A stretch of 64,000 nucleotides of DNA. It comes from Ylistrum balloti. Lineage: Eukaryota. The position numbers were made by a program, and so were the translations under genes. The stretch is from the NCBI RefSeq assembly GCF_031769215.1, contig NW_026782152.1, forward strand, positions 496,001-560,000, in the 5' to 3' direction. Shown here in pieces: positions 40,454-52,900 of this stretch (its first letter is position 1; each line of letters opens with the position of its first letter). The notes beneath the pieces were generated by a model. That model worked only from the letters and a program-made list of their open reading frames with translations, ran no database searches and was not told the DNA's origin.

Positions 40454-43400
40454 TCTTCTGATAATTGATTAAAAGTAATACTTTACATGTTTAAATTACA
40501 ATCAGTTGAAGATATTTCTTTCTCCAATGATATACTGACAAGATATTTTTGTAATGAATAACTATATAGATGTCATCAATATTTACATACTAGCGAGTTG
40601 ATATAGTGATTCATGTACATGGTGGAAACACAGGACCTTGGCTTGAATTCCAATCCCACGGTTCATACTTATGTATTATAGTGACAACAACACATGGAGT
40701 TGGGAAATTGTGCCAAGTCCCTGTGAATGGAAGAATGAATGTTGTGATCCAAGTTCAGTGAAAATCAGATTACGAATAAACGGAAATTTTAATTTTGACC
40801 ATTATTAAATCTTGTAACTACCTCAGATGTCCTGTGCCAGTAGACATGAGAAATAAACATATTTAGACATTGATCCTCATTCTTTGACATTTATTGGAGT
40901 CAATTCTTATTTTCCTCAGTTGACATACATGTTTGAAAATTTAGGTCCTTGGCATCAATTACAAGTCCTAGAAGGACTACAGAGCTGTATAATGTGCATG
41001 TTGTTTAATTCATTTTTTGGCTCAACTGTATCTAACTCTAAATTTGTATTCAAAGGTGCTATTAACTTGTGTCTTTTGTACCATCTTAAAACTTATATCT
41101 CTTGTAGATAACTAACAGTTAAATATGTTTGAATATTCTGAATTCCTGCGTGAAAAAGTCTTTGTATCGTTCGGTTGTAATTTGAATTTGTAGATTGAAT
41201 TATCATGATGGAAGTAATCTTTTGCAAGCTTTGATATGATTTACATAATTGCACTATATGTCACTTTTTTACATGTAAATTTTTCCTGTTTCTGAAATGG
41301 TAATCAATTTTATGAAATGATTTGTTTAATAATGTTAAATATGTCTATGTGTTCTGCAAAATATGCAATATAAGATGAGTAGTCGGAGGGCTTCTGATTG
41401 TTCTAATCAGCTGCAGAGGAGACCAATTAGCATTTTCTAAGCCCTAGATTAATCAGCAATAGTGCCTATGTTTTAAACTATAAAAATCCATTCCTCGAGA
41501 TTATATACAAATGAACAATTTGTGTTTAAAACAAACTGCTTAAAACTGTGATACAATTGTACTGATATTTTATTTTTATCAATAAATATATATGCTTCAA
41601 TTCAAAACTCTCCTGTTTACTTTCAAGATGAAGAGCATAAAAAGGTATAAGAATGCCTGACAGTTTTGCAAGAAACATGAGAATATATGAATCCATAAGT
41701 TTTCTACTGAACAAAAAAAAAATGAAAAAAATATTTTTCAGTAGAACCAATGTCTGGTGTTAATTACCTGTACAGCTGTTCATATAGCCTTTGTTATGTT
41801 ATCCAAAGCTCCATTAACATGAATGAAAAATGCTAAACCAAAGTTTCAGTGACAAGATATTCATCATGTACGCAGAACTATATACATCACAGGTAAATTA
41901 TCCTGTGTTCTAGCAACATATCTAAACCCTTTCCTTATGCACTCTGAGCAAATTGACGTCTCCAGGAAGAATACAACGAAATGAAATTTCAGCAATCTGT
42001 TTACTGTTGAATTTGAGTGTTCTTCTTTTCATACAATATCAATGCTTATTCTCAACAAACATTAGATAAGCCTCTATTGACATATCAGCACCATTATTTC
42101 ATTTTCATGTTTGACAAGAATGTACCAGACAAATTTGATATTACACCAACATGTCATATAAAAACATTTAACACTATATATCATAAAGTGGGGCCAACTT
42201 TAATCAATTGCTTAACTCTCGCAATAATAACTTGAAATGATTTTTTCAATTTCAAAGTTCATTTTTACACTGTCACAGACTTAATATCAAAATGGCATTG
42301 AAATGCAACTAGAAATAATAAAAAGCACAATGAAGCCTACATCTTCAAAATAAACTGTAACACTGGATCATGTTTTTACAAAATCAAACTGTTGTGCACA
42401 ACACCTTACAGAGGTTACAAGCTGACTAGTCTGATCCTGCACATAGGATCTCTGATTCAAAATACAAGAATGACATTACCCATGTCAAAGATGTTAAAAC
42501 TTCAAAGATGACACACGATAAATGGGTACATGAACATACAAGATTTTTCACCTCATCAATACTGAACTAAATTCTAGCTAAAAGCAAACATTTCCTGGAT
42601 TTATGATGTTTTCATGATGTATTGTAGACATAAAGAAATAATATTCTATCTCTCTCTAGTAAAATTTTCAATTTTCAAGAATGTAGATAAGTTTTACAAT
42701 TACTTATGAGTTTTTTGCCATGACAGAACAACATAAAAGCCTTTACAATAACTGTATTTAACAAAAATACAAGTAAAGACACAGCAAACGAGTACTTCTT
42801 TTCTAAAACAATAAAGCAAGGCAAAATATGAATACAGGAAAGCTTTACAAGACAACACTTTGATAAAGGTAAGAGGTTCCAGATTGGTGTCTTTTTCATA
42901 ATTTTCCCCTTCAAGACCAAATAACCATTTCCTTTGTTCATATTTAACCCCAGCTTTATCAATTTTGAATTTTTCCACTGATGTGTTCTGGATGTTTATC
43001 GAAACATTCAATGGTAAAAAAATAATCAATTACTAGACCAAACAACATTCAAAATTTGGCATAATTAAGTTCAATCATTATTGAAAACCATCGAATTAAG
43101 AAATATTAAAAGTTCTAATATCAGAGGAAAAAAATCAAGCTACTGACATGTTAAGCCGATCAATAACATAACAATTACATAAAGATACAGTCAAAGTCAA
43201 CGGTTAAAAAACCAACTAAGTCCTATGACAAGTAAAAGATCTATTGCTGTGTGGTGTTGATTTAATAGCTGTGTCCCTGTTTTATATAAAGACACTATGA
43301 TGTCTTCTCAAATTTGTGCTTAAGATATCAGAGGTGCCTTTGTTATCAGAGTCATACATTGTGTGATATTCCCATGTCCTTTGAATTTGCTGTCAAGATA

Positions 43401-43981
43401 ATGAAAAATAATGCATTTGTGGAACTGAAATTGTTGACAACATTGAAACAAATCAGATTTTACCCTTCAAATCATAATGCTATATCAAGTTAATTTAACG
43501 GTCTAAGTTCGACTAGATACATTAATTTTGCACTTAAAAGTCAACGGCAACACACCAAGGACAATGGCTCCTCCTTTAAGGTTCTAATTTCTTACGTGAG
43601 AGTGCTGTACTAGTACACTGTGTAAAGTAAGCATCCTATCTCAATTTCAAACAATTAGTTGACTCTGAATCCAGTTTGTCTGAAGTTAACAGTTGATCTC
43701 CAGTTGTAACAATAAAATAATTATTTGTTGAATCCAGTTAGTCTGAAATCCTAAGTTTATCTTGAGTTTCAACAATAACAGACTTTATTTCCAGTAAGTC
43801 TGAAGTTCACAGATATTTTCAGGTTTAATAATACTAAGAGTTACAGCTGGACAGTTCACACTATACATCCACAGTGAAGAAGTACCAGTCAGCTGCCTTT
43901 GTATGACTTAAACAATAAAATTCCTAACTCCATTCTTGGCCTTTTCCAATAAATAACTTCAGTTTTCTTTTATGGCAGTGG

Positions 43982-46900
43982 TTATCTGATCTTTGTGGGA
44001 AACTGTTTGTCTACTGCTGGTGAATCAAATCTTCTTTCACTGTAATGATAAAGTGTAATTAACACTATAATTTCATTGGTCTTAAATCAGTGAAAATGAC
44101 TAGTGTGCACTATTATTAGCACACAACTAGGGGATATTGGTAGCTTCAATTGGGGAATCACATATTTCAAGGCCATTTTATTTCTAACAAGCTAAATTAG
44201 CATTCATTTTGAAGCCAAATATACCAACACATTTTCCCTGTGACTGATGTGCAAAAAGGGGTGTGATATGATTTAAGATGAAAAGGAAAATGCTTATCAC
44301 AACACAATCTCTTATGGAAACCTTTTGATACATACTTTGTTACATCCTAAATTGTGAAATCAGGAAAAAGCAACAATTTGTTACTGAACACTCAATATTT
44401 ACCAAAAGAAAACATAATAAATTTCTTGAGAACAGAACCCACCTTATATGGTCATCTGATGTTTTACAGGCTGTCCATTTAAGCTTGTCTTTAGTTGGAA
44501 GTGCAGGATGATAGAAAGCACACTGAGCCTTCTTCATACAGGACATACCAAATCTACAAGGCTAAAATCATGACAACAACTTATAGTCACAATTATACTT
44601 TAGGTATTTGTTCTAAACAAAAAGAATAGAAATCTAACAAACACAATATACATGTTATTGACAACTTCTATCAGTTTCATTACATGACAACATCTTACAA
44701 TTAATTCTATCATTATAAATTTGAAATCAAATAGCATAAGTCTTATGACAAAATTTGTAAATAATAAAATAGTTAAATATACTATATGATGACCAAATGA
44801 TCAAAGGTTTTCATGCCTCAAGAAGAATTACTAGGATGCTGTAATTGATATACTCACTGTTGGATGAGGAAATGGACAGGACATGTTTTTACAGTTAGGA
44901 TAAAATTTACAAGTGACTGCAGATGTAGATGGCATCTTTGGCATGTATGTTGGACGAATTGGAGTGGGACCTGGTGCAGGAATGGCTACTGGAACAACTA
45001 CAACAGAATGGTTACAAATTTTCCATATACTCAAGCAGATATCATGATTAGAGACTGAGGAAAAAACAGAGAGAGAAAGTGGAAAAAATAGAGAGAAAGA
45101 GGAAAAAACAGAGAGAGAAAGAGGAAAAAACAGAGAGAGAAAGAGGAAAAAACAGAGAGAGAAAGAGGAAAAAACAGAGAGAGAAAGAGGAAAAACAGAG
45201 AGAGAAAGAGGAAAAAACAGAGAAAGAGGAAAAAACAGAGAGAGAGAAAGAGGAAAAAACAGAGAGAAAGAGGAAAAAACAGAGAGAGAAAGAGGAAAAA
45301 ACAGAGAGAAAGAGGAAAAAACAGAGAGAGAAAGAGGAAAAAACAGAGAGAGAAAGAGGAAAAAACAGAGAGAAAGAGGAAAAAACAGAGAGAGAAAGAG
45401 GAAAAAACAGAGAGAGAAAGAGGAAAAAAAATAAAAAGAATTCATGGAACATTATATTGAATTTTTAATCTGCTGAAGAGTGATCACGGTTTTTTTTGTC
45501 ATAAAAACAGAAAAGCTTGGGTCTACATATCTATAACTGATTAAGGATAAACAGCTAGCATTATTTTTAACATTTATTTGAAAAGGTTCGCACACACAAA
45601 AAAAGAAGGATTAGCACAAAGTAAAAAGTGTACTTTTATTTTGAAAAAGAAAAAGTCACAAAGAAAATATTTCTTGATACATTGTACTTACTTTTTTGTA
45701 TAACTGTGGTGGCAATGGTACCTCGTTTACTAGCGTGGGTATAAGGACAGTCTTTTCGTGTACACTTTGCATCAAACTTACAATTCGGATGAATAAACAA
45801 ACACCGGTCACCAAATTTGCACTGTGGAAACATTCTGTAAATAAACAAGAATCGTGTTATGATTAATGACACTCTTCATGTGGTAAAGGTATGTCCAATT
45901 ATTCTGTTAAAACTCATTTCTGTCTATGGGCTGAGCACAAAAACAAGTAAGTCCAATAAAACCTGATAACTGTACTTACTTGCAAGGAACAGTAGGATGA
46001 TGATAGGTGCAGGCATTACCATTCACACAGGCTGGCCAGAATCTACATCTCTCTGTCATCTTAGCTTTCTTCAATGGGCTATCTTCAGCATCTTCAACTT
46101 CCATCTCTTCTTCCTCTGTTTAAATCATGCACAGATTATTATAAAAATCAAATCGATATTTACTTGTCAGTAGGGCAGATCTAAAGAATTTAAAATAAAA
46201 TGTATAGAATCATGCATTTCCTGTAAAACATCTATTTACAATCTGAGATACTGACCATCTGTGTCGTGGAGGTTGATAGAAATTGGCCCTATTGCAGGAG
46301 GTCTTGACTCTGGCTTTTTTGTTGCCACAAGGTTCACTTGTGGAGGTGTGACTAGCTTTTGTTTGTAGACGTTTGATAAAATTGGGTTCACACGTTGTAC
46401 GACGTTCACAGACTGTTCTGCCATACCCTGAGTAACCATATCAGACTCCTCATCCAATTTTTCCATCGCTATCTCGTACTTATCATGATCTACACCATCC
46501 AGTGTCACTATAAACTTTGTATTGCTAGCCATTTCTGGTGCAGTTCTACAACAGGCAAAACAAACAGGATTTTTTTTCAAACCACTACCAACTGAATAAA
46601 GATATTTTTGTAAGTTTCTTAGACCACATTCTTAGTACAGCTTTTATACATAGATTTACAGCATTTGATGATAAGAAGTCACTGTCTCTACTGCAACCAC
46701 AATTTTGCTATGTTGGACAAAAACATGATCTACGTCCATTTTTTAACGGATACTAAAAACAATATCTTTTTTTCTACTATATGTAAAGGTTTTATTTGCA
46801 GATTTACAACACAACCCAATTCAGTTCATCTATCTCAAAGCATCAATTTTTTGCAATTAATTCTATACTGAGATACAGGAATCAACTGCTGCTAAATACA

Positions 46901-49900
46901 AACCTCTGTTGTATAAACCTTCTTTTGTCCACTTGGCCCCTATCAACAGGTTCTGTCGTATATTCCACTTCCTCCACTAACAGATCAAGGTCATCGTTAT
47001 CCTCGTCAACAACCTGAGACATGTCTGTATTACCAATGATATTGCCATTTTCTTCTACATTCTGATCTGCAACCACATCTGGATTGCTCTCATACTCCTC
47101 AGCTTCATCCTCTGAAGTTATTCCAACTTTCCCTACAAAGATTTCTTCGTCTGAGTTAGTTAATGTTTCTTCCTTTTCCTCGCTTTCTACTCCAGTCTCC
47201 TCTTGCACAGGTACACATTGGACCCGTCGACTGTCCATCACTGGCGGGACGCGAGCTACTTCTGTAACACACAGTAAAATTACTAATCAGCAAAACTCAT
47301 ACAGAACATATGTTATAAGCTTTGTCTTTTGTGTTAACAACAAACAAAATAAAGTGTTAAGGAAACACTATGCCCCTGGGTGCAACAAAATTTGTTCAGA
47401 CCAAAAATCTGTACTGTGTAACACATGTGCTATTTACATGCACTAGTTGTAAAACACTTACGTCTTCATTGTGGTAATGATTTTTTTTAAACTTTCAAAT
47501 GTATATCAAAATCACATAGTGAAAAATGTTGGAACCACCAGAAAGGTCTTGTCACAAGGAACACACATGCCAAATATAAAAGCCGTATCTCTTATGGTGT
47601 AATAGTTATGGGCAAGGTTAAATTTGACAACACACAGCACAAAAACAATACCCCCTCAATATTTCAATCCGAGGACATAAAGAACCTGAGTAAGAGATGA
47701 TGAGGTCAGTACAGACAATTTGTAGGATCACCATAAACATACATTCTTTTTCATTACACATAACTAATATATAGTGTTCCTTTCCCATCGTCTGGAGGTA
47801 AGTATAAGTAAACTTCACCAGGCGGTTGGATAGGGTTCATATCGCACCAGCTACCAGGAGAGTAGGCAACACATGACAACCACCTGAGTTTTGTGCTTCT
47901 AATCAGATATCTTCTCAAACATACAACATTAATTTTCTTTACCATAGGAAAATTTGATCCCTGAAAAACAGTGCATTGTTCTTCCTATTATTTATTAAAG
48001 TAGCATGTTCCTTTTCCACTGTCTACTGTTAATTAAAAACAAATTAAACCAGACAAGTGTACAGGGTTTATATCGCACCAGCTACCAGGAGAGTAGGCAA
48101 CACATGACAACCACCTGAGTTTTGTGCTTTCTATCCATTATTTTATTGAATCACAAAGATACCTTTGCATATTGCGATGCAAGCAAGAAGTACCCTGTCT
48201 CCCTCTGAGAATCATGTTCATCAAATCATAGTCACTGGACATAATACAAAATAGAATAAGAGATCCCAGAGGTATCTTGGTGCCCACTATAGTATGGTCT
48301 TTATTGGTTCTTTGTATGTACTTTCCATTCAATCCTCTTTATTTCCTACCACTAATACGTTGTATTGACAGGGGTATTTATCTTATAATCAGCCATTTTA
48401 TTTCAGTCTAACAGTTAAAAGTGCAAAACATGGGGAACCAATATATGACATCTGAGAAAAATCCATTCCCTGCTTTTTTTAAGCTATGGAAATAAACTTT
48501 TGTTGTCAAACTCCTTGATGGCAATCTGTTAGCCATTTTGACATCAGATAAGTCCTAAAACTACAAGGGCACAACTAGGGAACAATGGACACCTTCAATT
48601 CTGATGATGGCTGGCTAAAAATCCCTAACATACATTTCTCCTGAATTGAACATTGGAGATTTTGAGATTACTTAAATCCAAGAACATGACAATACTTGAT
48701 ATAAACTTATATGACAGGTGCTGTTGATGAAGGTGCTTACCAATTTAAAGCATTCCTTGTATAATTTTTTTATAAATTTTTTCATTTATATTTTATATTT
48801 CAGATAACTATTACCGTTTCCTTTTCCCCATTCCACTGTTAATTAGCACAGATCTGCATCCATGAATATTTTGAGGTGCAATCCTAACATGTGATAAGAA
48901 TGCAGTATCATTCGCAAACTACCCAACCCTTGTATTACAACCAAAATGAAACAAGTCATTATATCTATAAATTCCTTCACATGAAATGATTAGATACTTA
49001 TAGGCAGGTGTTCCTGTTTCATCATTCAATGATCATTATGAGCAAACTTCACCAACTGAGAACACAGGTTTTATATCGCACCAGCTACCAGGCAAGTAGG
49101 CAACACATGACAACCACCTGAGTTTTGTGCTACTAATCAGATATCTTTTCAAACATAAAACATTAATTTATCAAATCATACAAAATCAATTTTTTATCAT
49201 ATTATCACATTAGAATAATTTGATCCCTCAAAAACAGTATTCATTACTAGTAGAATGTTCCTTTTCCATTGTCCGAAGATAATTATGATCGAACTTAACC
49301 AGACGAGAGCACAGGGTTTATATCGCACCAGCTACCAGGAGAGTAGGCAACACATGACAACCACCTGAGTTTTGTGCTTCTAATCAGATAATATCTTTTC
49401 CAGACATAAAACATTAATTTTTGTTATCATAGGGAAAGTTGATCCCTGAAAAACAGTTAATTGTTCTTCCTGTTATTCATTTAAGAAGCATGTTCCTCTT
49501 CCATTGTCCAATGATAATTAAAATCAAATTAAACCAGACAAGAATGTAGGGTTTATATCGCACCAGCTACCAGGAAAGTAGACAATATGTGACAACTACC
49601 TGAGTTTTGTGCTTCATTCCTGTCAATTTTCATATTGTTTGATACACTTTCCTCTATTAATGGACATGTACAATGAAAAGTAAGACATATATATGTTTGA
49701 AAAATAAAAACTAGTAACATGGAAATTTTGCTCATTCTTCAATGTAAACCCCATTCCAGATTGTCTTTTCATCATGTGTTGAAAATGGAGTTTTATTTGT
49801 TATCTCAGAAAGCTTATCATTATACTTATGACATACTAGTTTTATCAATGTATAAGATGTTTGAAATAACTTATAAATACATGTTCCTTTTCTATCATCT

Positions 49901-52900
49901 GCCAACAATTACAGCCAAACTTAACCAGATGAGGGCATAGGGTTTATATCGCACCAGCTACCAGGCAAGTAGGCAATATCTGACAACCACCTGAGTTTTG
50001 TGCTTTTCACTGTACAAATCATCGACTTCTTTCTTTCTACATTATAACCCTTCATTTCATACATGCAGAAATCTGATAGTGTCATGTCACATCAATTAAC
50101 TTTCCATATAACAACTGTCAATATGTTATTTCTTTATTTTTGCAGGAAAAATAAATTTGCACATTTACTCTCAATCACCTGATCTGAATTTAAAAGCATC
50201 AGCTACTAGGAAAGGAATTGATTATTGTTTTAATCTTTTGCCTTTTCAAAAAATTTGATAATCTTCCTTTCCCAGACCGCAGTGAAATTTGACCAAGTAT
50301 TTTGAGACTTGTCTGCTTCTATCCATCACTATGATCATAAAAACTAGGTCGCTCTTGTTCGGATACAATCTGTTTCCAAACACCAATATTGTGTAATCCC
50401 TTATATGTCTAGACAATACATTATTTCACATCTTACATAGCATGTTTTTGTCTTCTGAATTAAAATTAACCCCAGAGTACTCAGTGCTTTACCATAAAAT
50501 GAGGGCAAAGTATACTGTGTTTCTATCCTTTCATACCCAGTATTCAGAACCTAACAAAATAATTGTTGATGTTTTTTTTCACAATCATTTATTGATAAAG
50601 ACACCTTATTTTCACCCGCCAATAACACAGGATTTCTGTTGCCCAAGCTACCTTTCAAGAAGTTACAATATGAAAACTACCTCAGTTTGTGCATCTTGTC
50701 AATTATCTATCAAATCATACAATATCAATTTTTTTATCATATTATCACATTAGAATAATTTGATCCCTGAAAAATAGTATTCATTACTAGTAGAATGTTC
50801 CTTTTCCATTGTCCGAAGATAATTATGATCAAACATAACCAGACAAGGGCACAGGGTTTATATTGCACCAGCTACCAGGAGAGTAGGCAACACATGACAA
50901 CCACCTGAGTTTTGTGCTTCTAATCAGATTATATCTTTTCAAACATATAACATTGATTGTCGTTATCATAGGAAAATTTGATCCCTGAAAAAAAAGGTAT
51001 CGTTCTTCCTACTTTTCATTTAAATAGAATGTTCCTTTTCCATTGCCCAATGATAATTAAAATCAAATTAAACCAGACAGGAATATTGGGTTTATATCGC
51101 ACCAGCTACCAGGAAAGTAGACAATATGTGACAACCACCTGAGTTTTGTGCTTCATTCATGTCACTTTTCATATTGTTTTATACACTTTCCTCTATTTAT
51201 GTATATGTACAATAAAGGTAAAAATTGTCATTTTTCATCAGTAATTACCAGGTAATGGACACTTATATCTATGTTTTGAAAAGTGATTTTGGGAAATTTG
51301 CTCATTCTTCAATTGGTAATTTTAGGCAGTCTTCAATATACAACAAATGGCCTTTCCAGGGTGTTTTTCTATCAGTGAATATGGTGCCAATCTACATGTG
51401 AGCAGAAAATGCAATACTTGTTTTGTCTGTCAATAAGACAGGATTTCTGTTGTACATTTCAATAAGATATTCTATGAAACTATCTCAGTTTTGTGCAGCT
51501 TATCGATCATCTTATCTAATCATACAATATCAATTTTTTAAATATTTATCATATAAGAATAATTTGATCCCTGGAAACAGTATTCATTACTAGTAGAATG
51601 TTCCTTTTCCATTGTCTGAAGATAATTATGATCAAACATAACCAGACAAGGGCACAGGGTTTATATCGCACCAGCTACCAGGAGAGTAGGCAACACATGA
51701 CAACCACCTGAGTTTTGTGCTTATATTGAATTACCGAATATATTTTCATGTTTATTAAACAGAGTAATTTTTACTAAAACAGATTGCAGTCTATCAAGTA
51801 TTTATTCTTACCTACTACTAGAAAGCTTAATTATGATTCAGATGGAAAATAATTACACGTGTGCATTATGCATGTGTAGAGTATGTAGTAGTTTCAACGT
51901 AATTATAACAACATCAACTTTGTGTAAGACATTTTGAAAAGTTATATATACATATACCAATCGCACTTTGCTAAGGATTTCTTTTCTTTTTGGGCATGTC
52001 ATGAATGAATTTTTTTTATCAGATTTTGTGAGATGGCATTCCAGTAAGCTACCAAAGCAGGTCCCAGCTCTTGCCTGAATGTCACTTGCATAGAGCTGTC
52101 TACACCATTTCCCACAATGCTCAGAGGAATTTAGATTTAGTGAGTGGAATGGCCAATACATTTTTTGAATAATCTCTTGCTGTAGATACTTCTCAGTCAC
52201 TCATTAGTCTCAAACCTTGTAGGCAGTAATAGTAACTCATATGGCTGGTATACCTGGCCTTAACACAGCATCATGCAGACAGTTCCTAACTGAGTTGCTA
52301 GTTGGGTACTAGGAGATTTGAGGTCATTTTATAAAGTCTGAACCTGTGACACCATGCCTGTTTTAGCGAAAGTCAGTCTTTGTGCAGTGCTGTAGCCCTT
52401 TAACATCCTGAATTATGGAATTCTGTTAGTTTAGAAGTAATTACACTAACTCGATAAAACACTTATAAACATTCTAAGTCTGTCCGATAGCCAGCTTAGC
52501 TTTTGAAGGGGTTGTACAGGTGGAAAAGTGTGCACAACCTCCCATTGCTGACTCAACATACCCACACATGATGATGAACAGGTGGAAAAGTGTGCACAAC
52601 CTTCAATAGTTGACTGAACATACCCACACAGGATGATAAACAGGTGGAAAAGTGTGCACAACCTTCTATTGCTGACTGAAAATACCCACACAGGATGATG
52701 TACAGGTGGGAAAGTGTGCACAACCTTCAATAGTTGACTGAACATACCCACACAGGATGGTAAACAGGTGGAAAAGTGTGCACAACCTTCTATTGCTGAC
52801 TGAAAATACCCACACAGGATGATGTACAGGTGGGAAAGTGTGCACAACCTTCTATTGCTGACTCAACATACCCACACATGATGATGAACAGGTGGAAAAG

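Noticed and set aside
44831-45468. F/S/L-rich and K/E/R-rich ORFs
   Set aside because: Simple-repeat artefacts; only 44858-44997 is a real ZC3H14 exon.
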